Source of the DNA: a virus
Length of the DNA stretch: 5,457 nt
Virus record (IMG/VR): IMGVR_UViG_3300045988_003073
Location: 1-5,457 of that record
Strand: one strand, 5' to 3'
Shown: positions 1-5,457 of the stretch, piece after piece
How the letters are laid out: the number at the start of each line of letters is the position of its first letter
How positions within the stretch are numbered: the stretch's first letter is position 1
Position numbers and translations under genes: made by a program
Notes under the pieces: generated by a model
The model's input: the letters and a program-made list of their open reading frames with translations, nothing else
The model's database searches: none
What the model was told of the DNA's origin: nothing

Positions 1-55
1 TACAACGGCAAAAAGAAAAACGATTTGATGTACTACGCTGGCGGCGAGTACGGAG
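1..55. repeat. Terminal redundancy: 1-55 is identical to 5403-5457. This is an assembly overlap of a circular genome with a unit length of about 5402 nt.
   Basis: Direct comparison of the first and last 55 nt gives an exact match. An ORF reads continuously through the junction. Confidence 0.9.
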
Positions 56-690
56 GAAAAACACATAGACCGCACTATCATGCAATAGTATACGGCTTAA
101 AAATTGAAAAAGAGGAATTAAAAGAGTACAAGAGAGCAAAAGGCAAAGTATACTACACCTGTGAATGGCTCACGAAGCTATGGGGCAAAGGCTTTGTGAT
201 CATAGGTGCAGCAGAATGGCAAAGTATGGCATATACCGCAAGATACTGCACAAAAAAGAGCTATGGAGCAGGAGCAAAAGAATATTACAAGAATTTAGCG
301 ATACAACCGGAAGATAGCAGAATGTCAACCAATCCGGCAATTGGATGGAGGTATTACGAAGAACATAAAGAGGAAATCTATAAAGACGACAGAATACAGC
401 TCAAGAAAGGAAGGAGCTGCAAACCGCCTACATACTTTGATAAACTTTTTGACCTAGAACACTCAGAGGCCGAACCGCTGACGGAAGAAGAGTGCAAAGG
501 AATTGAAGATGTAATAATAAAAGCCGAATCCGAAGAACTGAAAGAAATAAAGCGAAAAAGGCGAAAACTTGCCAATGACGCACTATTTAATCAGCTCAAA
601 CAGACCGGCCTAACTATGCAAGAGTATTATAAGCTAAAAGACCAACGGAATCAAGAAAAATTTAAACAGCTGATCAGAACCGAGGTATAG
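1..690 (+). CDS. Rolling-circle replication initiator (Microviridae VP4/protein A-like), 3' portion. It is continuous in frame with 4944..5402 through the circular junction. The ORF-track 'start' at 25/28 is internal, not a true start.
   Basis: Codons 1-3, 4-6 and onward are in frame with 4944 after subtracting the 5402-nt unit. The translation carries motif II GEYGGKTHRPHYHAIVYG (HxH) and motif III AYTARYCTKKSY (YxxxY..KK, catalytic tyrosines). The C-terminus is charged and coiled-coil-like (EELKEIKRKRRKL). TAG stop at 688-690. Confidence 0.85.
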   Translation, partial: YNGKKKNDLMYYAGGEYGGKTHRPHYHAIVYGLKIEKEELKEYKRAKGKVYYTCEWLTKLWGKGFVIIGAAEWQSMAYTARYCTKKSYGAGAKEYYKNLAIQPEDSRMSTNPAIGWRYYEEHKEEIYKDDRIQLKKGRSCKPPTYFDKLFDLEHSEAEPLTEEECKGIEDVIIKAESEELKEIKRKRRKLANDALFNQLKQTGLTMQEYYKLKDQRNQEKFKQLIRTEV

Positions 691-708
691 CCAGATAGCT
701 GCAAACCA

Positions 709-745
709 GTCAAGGGTAAATAAACGCGCTGCGCGCGCCCTTGAC
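709..745. other. Compound GC-rich stem-loop. The outer 8-bp stem is GTCAAGGG/CCCTTGAC. It encloses an A-rich segment (TAAATAAAC) and an inner CGCGC-TGC-GCGCG hairpin.
   Basis: Perfect reverse complementarity between 709-716 and 738-745. The inner palindrome lies at about 726-737. The structure is intergenic, immediately after the Rep stop. Confidence 0.6.
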
Positions 746-777
746 TAGTCCGCAGCCATCCGGCGGGAGCCAATCAA

Positions 778-814
778 GGGGGTTCACCACAAAGTGGTGA
801 CCCCCTATTTTATT
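778..814 (+). terminator. Rho-independent terminator after Rep.
   Basis: The 12-bp GC-rich stem pairs GGGGGTTCACCAC (778-790) with GTGGTGACCCCC (794-805), with one bulged T and an AAA loop. It is followed by the U-rich run TATTTTATT (806-814). Confidence 0.7.
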
Positions 815-824
815 ATGAGAACGA

Positions 825-856
825 ACAATGGTAACCATTGTTTTTTTTTTTTTTTT
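825..856 (+). terminator. Second hairpin (ACAATGG-TAA-CCATTGT) running into a 16-nt T homopolymer. This looks like a back-up terminator or U-tract.
   Basis: A 7-bp stem spans 825-831 and 835-841. T16 lies at 841-856. Confidence 0.45.
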
Positions 857-864
857 GATAAAAT
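856..864 (+). promoter_or_regulatory. Candidate extended -10 promoter element (TGaTAAAAT), directly after the T tract and upstream of the late gene cluster.
   Basis: TG at 856-857 and TAAAAT at 859-864 give a 5/6 match to TATAAT, with AT-rich sequence upstream. The predicted TSS falls at about 871, right at the RBS, so the leader would be very short. This is a weak call. Confidence 0.25.
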
Positions 865-886
865 GTGAGAAAAGGAGGTGAAATTT

Positions 887-1006
887 ATGGGCTACCGTAA
901 AAGCGTAAATCCCAAGACGGACAAAAAGGTCTTTACCAACACCGCAAAAAAGACCAAGAAAATCAATGTGAATCCGAAACCGAGCCGGGGAGGTGTCAGA
1001 CTGTGA
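887..1006 (+). CDS. Small, highly basic DNA-binding/packaging peptide (phiX174 J / gokushovirus VP8-like), 39 aa: MGYRKSVNPKTDKKVFTNTAKKTKKINVNPKPSRGGVRL.
   Basis: The strong RBS AAGGAGGTG (872-880) sits 6 nt before ATG 887. About 12 of 39 residues are K/R. The size and composition match J/VP8 proteins. The gene is not in the ORF track because it is shorter than 60 aa. Its TGA stop overlaps the GTG start of the next gene (GTGA). Confidence 0.55.
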   Translation: MGYRKSVNPKTDKKVFTNTAKKTKKINVNPKPSRGGVRL

Positions 1007-1185
1007 AAGACGTAGTAAACATTTACATCGACCACGAATGCAAAGACGAACTGCTGGACTGGGCAGAAGAATTTAAGACCAGCAGAAGCAAAGCAGCAGC
1101 AGTGGCTGTAAAGATCGGGCTGAAACACAAAGAAGAGATGTACAAACAGCTGGACAAAGAATGGAGAGAAAAATATGCTTTTTGA
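1003..1185 (+). CDS. Ribbon-helix-helix (CopG/Arc/MetJ-like) DNA-binding protein, 60 aa, GTG start.
   Basis: The RBS GGGGAGGTG (986-994) sits 8 nt before GTG 1003, and there is no in-frame ATG upstream. The secondary-structure pattern is a β-strand VNIYID, helix A ECKDELLDWAEEF, a turn KT-SRS (the classic RHH helix-B N-cap) and helix B KAAAVAVKIGL. Confidence 0.5.
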   Translation: MKDVVNIYIDHECKDELLDWAEEFKTSRSKAAAVAVKIGLKHKEEMYKQLDKEWREKYAF

Positions 1186-1426
1186 AATCTACAGCATCAA
1201 AGACGAACTCGCAGGAACCTTCGGCAACCTGATGGTGGTCAACCCGAAGGTAGCAGCACGAACCTTCCGGTGGATGACCGAGGAGATGGAAAAGGCCGAC
1301 TGCGCAGACAAGCGCGTGTACAAGATGGCAGAATACGACAACGAAACCGGCAAGATCATGCCGATCATGCCGGAAATGGTGTACAACATCGAACAGGCGA
1401 AAAAGGAGATCACCGAAAATGGTTAA
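1175..1426 (+). CDS. Hypothetical 83-aa acidic protein, possibly VP5-like (ssDNA synthesis/packaging accessory protein of gokushoviruses).
   Basis: RBS GGAGAGAAAAAT precedes ATG 1175. The gene overlaps the previous gene by 11 nt and the next by 8 nt (ATGGTTAA). Size and position match VP5, and the N-terminus (LFEIYSIKDELAGTFGNL...AARTF) resembles VP5 proteins as I remember them. This resemblance is unverified. Confidence 0.35.
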   Translation: MLFEIYSIKDELAGTFGNLMVVNPKVAARTFRWMTEEMEKADCADKRVYKMAEYDNETGKIMPIMPEMVYNIEQAKKEITENG

Positions 1427-1916
1427 AATCTACAAGCCATACGGCGATGAGAAGCCGGAAGCCAAACCGAACAATCCCGGCAACCAGTACGAACCGGAGT
1501 ATAAAGAGCGGTACGATGAAAACGGGGAAGCATACCTCGAAAAAGTGGGCGAAGTGGACACATACGAAAAAATCCAGAGCTACCGAGACGAATGCGATGT
1601 GATGGCAATCCTCAGCCGGTACGCTGCCGGTGATGAAACGGCACTCGCAAGGCCGGGGTACTACATCGACACAACCAAACTGCCCGCAACGTACACCGAG
1701 TATATCAACATGATGCGCGACCAGCGCGAAAAGTTCGATCAGTTGCCACTGAGCATCCGTCAGGCATTCGGCATGAGCTTTGAGAAGTGGGCAGCAAGCG
1801 CCGGTGAACAGGAATGGTGCGAAAAAATGGGCATTTTGCCGAAAAATGAAACTGCAGCACAGCCTGATCAGAGCGGCGAAGATGACAAAGTGCACAAAAG
1901 AAAGGAACAAGCATGA
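1419..1916 (+). CDS. Putative internal scaffolding protein (VP3-like), 165 aa, acidic.
   Basis: RBS AAGGAG (1403-1408) precedes ATG 1419. The gene lies immediately upstream of the capsid gene with an ATGA stop/start overlap at 1913-1916. It is acidic, about 160 aa, and has a C-terminal LPLSIRQAF-type motif, consistent with gokushovirus VP3. Confidence 0.5.
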   Translation: MVKIYKPYGDEKPEAKPNNPGNQYEPEYKERYDENGEAYLEKVGEVDTYEKIQSYRDECDVMAILSRYAAGDETALARPGYYIDTTKLPATYTEYINMMRDQREKFDQLPLSIRQAFGMSFEKWAASAGEQEWCEKMGILPKNETAAQPDQSGEDDKVHKRKEQA

Positions 1917-3610
1917 ACCGCAACAGCGAACAGCATTATAGCCAAGTACCACGCGCAGAAATCCGGCGAGCCAAATTCAAGCGAGATTTCTCCCTGCTCA
2001 CAACCATCAACGAGGGCGATCTAGTACCGATCTACTGTGATGAGGTGCTTCCTGCAGATACCTTCAAAATCAATCTTAACAGTCTGGTGCGTATGGCAAC
2101 ACCGCTTTATCCTGTCATGGATAACGCGTACATGGATTTCTATTTCTTCTTTGTACCGGCACGTTTACTGTGGGAACACTTCGTAAACCTGATGGGCCAG
2201 AACGATAAAACGTTCTGGGCAGAAACAACCGAATACACGACGCCAGTAACCACTGCACCCACTGGAGGCTGGAAAGTGGGCACGATCGCGGACTATTGCT
2301 GCATTCCGACCGGAGTGGAAGGGCTGAAAGTCAACTCCATGCCGTTCCGCGCTTACGTCAAGATCTGGAACGAGTGGTTCAGGGACGAGAATCTGCAACA
2401 GCCGGCACAGATGAGCATGGGAGACGAAACGACCACCGGCAGCAACGGCGAAGCAACCGGCAGACAGAATATGCTGGGCGAAACCGCATTACCGCTGACG
2501 TTGGGCGGTGAAACCGACTATATCACCGAAGCGCAGAAAGGCGCAAAGCCGCTGAAAGTCTGCAAGTACAAGGACTACTTTACCAGCTGTCTGCCTTCTC
2601 CTTTGAAGGCAGCAGAACCGGTAAAAATTCCGATGACCGGTAACGCGCCGGTAGGCTTGTACAAAGACAACAAGTTAACAAATTTTGGGACGGTAACCGG
2701 AAGAGCCGGAATCTACTTCAACACAGACAACAGAGCATCAATCCTGAACAGCCAAAACGGAGACAGAACAAGCACAGTATCGGGCAGCACAAGCCCAAGC
2801 GGAGGAGCCGCCGACATTGCATACCTAGGCGCAAACTTAAGCACCGTAAACGCCACAACCATCAACGAGCTGCGCAACGCAATCGCGGTGCAGCACATAT
2901 TTGAGAGAGACGCCAGAACCGGCACGCGGTACAAAGAGATTTTAAACGGAGCGTGGGGGGTAATCAGCCCGGATGCGCGACTTGACCGGAGTGAATACAT
3001 CGGCGGTTACAGAATGCCGATCAATATCAATCAGGTCATTCAAACGTCCTCGTCCGACACGACCAGCCCGCAGGGCAACACAGCAGCGTACAGCATGACG
3101 ACCTTGAGCCGGGAAATGTGCACATACTCGGCAACCGAGCACGGCTATGTGATCGGACTGGCAGCCGCGCGAGTAGATCACAGCTACCAGCAAGGACTCT
3201 CGAGAATGTGGACAAGAAGCACCAGATTCTCGTACTACGACCCGATGCTGGCAAACCTCGGCGAACAGGCCGTACTGAATCAGGAAATCTATGCACAGGG
3301 CAACGAAGCCGACACGGAAGTGTTTGGCTACCAAGAAGCCTGGGCGGATTACCGCTACAGGACTAACATGGTAACCAGTGAAATGCGCAGCAGTTACGCG
3401 CAGACCTTGGACGCATGGCACTACGCCGACAAGTACAACGAGCTGCCGAAGCTGTCAAGCAGCTGGATAAAGGAAGGTACAGAGAACATCGACAGGACGC
3501 TGGCGGTAAAAAGCGGTCTGTCTCACCAATTTATCTGCAACTTCTTCTATGATCAGACATGGACGCGTCCCATGCCTATTTACAGCATACCGGGTCTGGA
3601 TACCATCTAA
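1913..3610 (+). CDS. Major capsid protein VP1 (Microviridae F/VP1 family), 565 aa.
   Basis: The N-terminus has FSLLTTINEGDLVPIYCDEVLPADTF...PVMDNAYMDFYFFFVPARLLW. Further in are the conserved INELRNAIAVQHIFERDARTGTRYKEILNGAWGV block and a long internal insertion typical of gokushovirus VP1. The length fits the family. Confidence 0.92.
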   Translation: MNRNSEQHYSQVPRAEIRRAKFKRDFSLLTTINEGDLVPIYCDEVLPADTFKINLNSLVRMATPLYPVMDNAYMDFYFFFVPARLLWEHFVNLMGQNDKTFWAETTEYTTPVTTAPTGGWKVGTIADYCCIPTGVEGLKVNSMPFRAYVKIWNEWFRDENLQQPAQMSMGDETTTGSNGEATGRQNMLGETALPLTLGGETDYITEAQKGAKPLKVCKYKDYFTSCLPSPLKAAEPVKIPMTGNAPVGLYKDNKLTNFGTVTGRAGIYFNTDNRASILNSQNGDRTSTVSGSTSPSGGAADIAYLGANLSTVNATTINELRNAIAVQHIFERDARTGTRYKEILNGAWGVISPDARLDRSEYIGGYRMPININQVIQTSSSDTTSPQGNTAAYSMTTLSREMCTYSATEHGYVIGLAAARVDHSYQQGLSRMWTRSTRFSYYDPMLANLGEQAVLNQEIYAQGNEADTEVFGYQEAWADYRYRTNMVTSEMRSSYAQTLDAWHYADKYNELPKLSSSWIKEGTENIDRTLAVKSGLSHQFICNFFYDQTWTRPMPIYSIPGLDTI

Positions 3611-3622
3611 TGAGGTGATAAT

Positions 3623-4522
3623 ATGGCACTAACCGAATTATTGCCGATCATTACAGGCACGTTGGAAATTGCTGGAAAAGCAGCCGGATTTATCAACAGC
3701 CTACGCGGGAGCACAAGCAGCAGCATGGGACAGAGCGGCATGAACCAGCAGATCAGCAGCGGAAGCCAAAGCGGGAGCATGAGCAGCGGAACACAAGCAG
3801 CGGGAAGCAGCACCCAGACAGGCAGCGTCTCGGGAATTGCAAACCTACTCAGCAACGCACTAGGAACAGCAACCGGCAACAACAGCCAAAGCGCGGCAAC
3901 CTTCAACCAAGGGAGCGCCCAGACAGCGAACAATCTGCAAGCGGGTATGTGGACATACGCAAACGGGCTGAATATGCTGAGCAACCTTATAAACAACGGC
4001 CTAAACTATGCAAGCATGACCAGCGCACGCCAGTACAACAGCCGAGAAGCTGCGGCACAGCGCGAATGGTCGGAAAGAATGAGCAGCACAGCATACCAAC
4101 GCGGAGTAAAAGACCTCCAAGCAGCAGGGCTTAACCCGATACTGGCAGCATACAACGGATTCGGGGCAAGCACTCCAAGCGGGGGAACAGCTTCAAGCGG
4201 CATACAGAGCTTTGCACAGACCAGTGCAGCAGCAATACCATCAGCACACACCGCAACCATGCAAGCTATGTACGACTACGGCAACAATACAAGCCAGTTT
4301 CTGCAGAACGCAATGGCAGCGATCAACACAGCAAGGCAGTCGAACGACTGGCAGAGCGCAGAACAAATGCAGCAAGTGACCAACCAAGTCATGAGCAGCA
4401 GCGCAAAGACCACAAGCCAGCTGAGCAAGAAGACAGCAAGCGAAACCAGCCAGACAGAAACCGGAAAGAGCCACGAGATAAGCGGGAAAGGGAGCTTGGA
4501 ATACCAGAGCAAGAAAAAATAA
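3623..4522 (+). CDS. DNA pilot / minor capsid protein VP2 (H-like), 299 aa.
   Basis: RBS GAGGTGA (3612-3618) precedes ATG 3623. The conserved core [31 protein letters not shown] is characteristic of Microviridae VP2. It is flanked by low-complexity S/G/Q/T/N-rich regions. Confidence 0.85.
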   Translation: MALTELLPIITGTLEIAGKAAGFINSLRGSTSSSMGQSGMNQQISSGSQSGSMSSGTQAAGSSTQTGSVSGIANLLSNALGTATGNNSQSAATFNQGSAQTANNLQAGMWTYANGLNMLSNLINNGLNYASMTSARQYNSREAAAQREWSERMSSTAYQRGVKDLQAAGLNPILAAYNGFGASTPSGGTASSGIQSFAQTSAAAIPSAHTATMQAMYDYGNNTSQFLQNAMAAINTARQSNDWQSAEQMQQVTNQVMSSSAKTTSQLSKKTASETSQTETGKSHEISGKGSLEYQSKKK

Positions 4523-4525
4523 ATC

Positions 4526-4554
4526 TTGAAGAATGTAGAAAAGAGGTGTATAAT
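4526..4554 (+). promoter_or_regulatory. σ70-type promoter: -35 TTGAAG (4526-4531), 17-nt spacer, -10 TATAAT (4549-4554).
   Basis: A perfect -10 hexamer with a 4/6 -35 at optimal spacing, followed 44 nt downstream by an RBS and ATG. It is in the only sizable VP2-Rep intergenic segment. Confidence 0.6.
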
Positions 4555-4575
4555 ATGGGTGTATCAATCGTACAC
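4545..4575. promoter_or_regulatory. Operator-like repeat cluster. Direct repeats GGTGTAT (4545-4551 and 4558-4564) plus the inverted element GTGTA(n7)TACAC (4560-4575). It overlaps the -10 box and the TSS.
   Basis: Exact 7-mer direct repeat spaced 13 bp apart, and a 5-bp inverted repeat. This arrangement is typical of RHH repressor operators overlapping their own promoter. Confidence 0.4.
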
Positions 4576-4597
4576 TTTAAGTCAAAGGAGCAATAAA

Positions 4598-4789
4598 ATG
4601 AAAAGCCAAGTAGCAAAACGAATCAATATCAACCTAACCAAAGAAGAAATAGAAAACCTGAAAAGCATCAAAGAGTATTTCGGACAACAAGGCATGAACA
4701 CAAGTGACTGCATAAGACTGGCAATCAACAGTGTAGGCCAAAAAATAAAGTCAGGAAATTTTTTAGAAAACGGGAAGATCGTATACTAA
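4598..4789 (+). CDS. Ribbon-helix-helix DNA-binding protein (CopG/Arc family), 63 aa: MKSQVAKRININLTKEEIENLKSIKEYFGQQGMNTSDCIRLAINSVGQKIKSGNFLENGKIVY.
   Basis: RBS AAGGAG (4585-4590) sits 7 nt before ATG 4598. The pattern is a β-strand RININLT, helix A KEEIENLKSIKEYF, a turn ending NTSD and helix B CIRLAINSV (IRxAI consensus). The ORF-track extension back to the TTG at 4526 would begin upstream of the predicted TSS (about 4561) and is rejected. Confidence 0.6.
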   Translation: MKSQVAKRININLTKEEIENLKSIKEYFGQQGMNTSDCIRLAINSVGQKIKSGNFLENGKIVY

Positions 4790-4804
4790 AACGACATATC
4801 TTGA

Positions 4805-4819
4805 CGCGGTTACACCGCG
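4805..4819. other. Small GC hairpin CGCGGT-TAC-ACCGCG.
   Basis: Six-bp perfect stem 16 nt after the RHH stop, with no U-tract. Confidence 0.4.
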
Positions 4820-4875
4820 CCAATGAGAAACAAAAATCCATGGGCAAAAATAAGCGGGAGCTAAATTTTGTGTCA

Positions 4876-4914
4876 GTGGGGGGAATAGACATCAAGAGGG
4901 TCTATTCCCCCCAC
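4876..4914. other. Strong stem-loop with a 15-bp perfect stem GTGGGGGGAATAGAC / GTCTATTCCCCCCAC and a 9-nt loop, 30 nt upstream of the Rep start.
   Basis: Exact reverse complementarity 4876-4890 versus 4900-4914, with G6/C6 tracts. It is not followed by a T-run. Confidence 0.7.
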
Positions 4915-4943
4915 TCTCCCCGGGAAGGAGGAAACGTCCATAC

Positions 4944-5457
4944 ATGGCATGTGCAAGGCCGAACATAAGGATTTTTAGCGAAACCGACAAAGACTATTTT
5001 GCGCCGCTGGACTGGTACATACAGCACGGAAAAAAGAGAACCGGCAAGCCGGACATGATAACGACACAAAAAAGGCGCGAGCGAGAACTGAAAAAGATGA
5101 TCAAAACCGGCGAAGCAGTACTCTGTCCGTGCAAACGGTGCAATGGCTGCATCATGGACAGGGGAAAGAGTTGGGCAAACCGCATGGAAATGGAACTACC
5201 ATACCATGAACAAGCGTGGTTTTTGACACTGACATACGACAACGAACACGCACCAATGAGTTATGACCAAGGTCTGGGCGTGGATGAACTGACAGGTGAA
5301 GTGGTAACAGAAAACTTAACGCTTGACTATACAGACTTAGAAAAATTTTGGAAAAGGCTCAGGCGCTGGACAGAGTACAACAATAAAGCGATCTACATAG
5401 AGTACAACGGCAAAAAGAAAAACGATTTGATGTACTACGCTGGCGGCGAGTACGGAG
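4944..5457 (+). CDS. Replication initiator Rep/VP4, 5' portion. It runs off the window end and continues at 1..690 by circular wrap. Total length is about 382 aa.
   Basis: RBS GGAAGGAGG (4923-4931) precedes ATG 4944. An in-frame TAA at 4851-4853 lies upstream, with no earlier start codon. The N-terminus MACARPN matches the usual MAC..P start of gokushovirus VP4. A Cys cluster CPCKRCNGC is present. Motif I is FLTLTYD. Bases 5403-5457 duplicate 1-55. Confidence 0.85.
   Translation, partial: MACARPNIRIFSETDKDYFAPLDWYIQHGKKRTGKPDMITTQKRRERELKKMIKTGEAVLCPCKRCNGCIMDRGKSWANRMEMELPYHEQAWFLTLTYDNEHAPMSYDQGLGVDELTGEVVTENLTLDYTDLEKFWKRLRRWTEYNNKAIYIEYNGKKKNDLMYYAGGEYG

Noticed and set aside
25-690. ORF-track call of a stand-alone 221-aa ORF starting at TTG25/ATG28.
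   Set aside because: It is the C-terminal part of Rep. The reading frame is open from 4854 through the circular junction, and motif I and the Zn-finger-like N-terminal domain lie in 4944-5402.
741-770. TTGACT at 741-746 as a possible -35 box.
   Set aside because: There is no acceptable -10 hexamer at 16-19 bp spacing. The hexamer is the 3' arm of the hairpin stem.
800-820. TTATTATG near 810-817 as a XerCD dif-like integration motif.
   Set aside because: The match to the 28-bp dif consensus is too poor to call by eye. It would need a PWM scan.
1270-1602. A 110-aa arginine-rich + strand ORF in an alternate frame spanning the VP5-like/VP3 junction. Similar basic alternate-frame ORFs occur at 2296-2511, 3118-3366 and 3949-4134.
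   Set aside because: Their R/K richness is what the frame shift of GAA/GAG/AAG-rich coding sequence produces. They have no RBS or start context. Overprinted genes exist in Microviridae, but nothing here supports them beyond open frame length.
1410-1952. A 180-aa minus-strand ORF and other minus-strand ORFs (378-575, 892-1128, 1189-1413, 2942-3421, 3607-3996, 4241-4567 and others).
   Set aside because: All lie antisense to well-supported + strand genes. They have Cys/Phe/Leu-rich low-complexity translations typical of the antisense of purine-rich coding DNA, and no RBS. Microviridae transcribe one strand.
4526-4597. The N-terminal extension of the RHH ORF from the TTG at 4526 (ORF track, 87 aa).
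   Set aside because: The TTG coincides with the -35 box. The extension would start upstream of the predicted TSS and has no RBS. The ATG at 4598 has a good RBS.
4801-4870. Possible Rep promoter (TTGACG at 4801-4806; TAAATT at 4862-4867).
   Set aside because: No partner hexamer at proper spacing for either. Rep is more plausibly expressed by read-through from the 4526-4554 promoter. Left uncalled.

Overview
This window is one complete circular ssDNA phage genome of the Microviridae, gokushovirus-like. Bases 1-55 are identical to 5403-5457, so the unit length is about 5402 nt and the replication-initiator gene wraps across the window ends. All credible genes are on the + strand, tightly packed, and several have overlapping stop/start codons.

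Gene order, with the two operons being an inferred model:
- Rep/VP4 (4944..5402 joined to 1..690), followed by tandem intrinsic terminators and a 16-T tract.
- A candidate late operon: a 39-aa J/VP8-like basic peptide, a 60-aa ribbon-helix-helix (RHH) protein, an 83-aa VP5-like protein, a VP3-like scaffold, the major capsid VP1 (565 aa) and the DNA pilot VP2 (299 aa).
- A σ70-type promoter with operator-like repeats driving a second RHH gene (63 aa), then two hairpins, then Rep again.

The most interesting point is that a microvirus carries two RHH-type DNA-binding proteins, one in each inferred operon. The second RHH gene has a promoter overlapped by repeats, which suggests a compact autoregulatory switch, but this is untested. 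No lysis gene, integrase or RNA gene is visible. Family and product names rest on motifs I recognise from memory; no database search was run.
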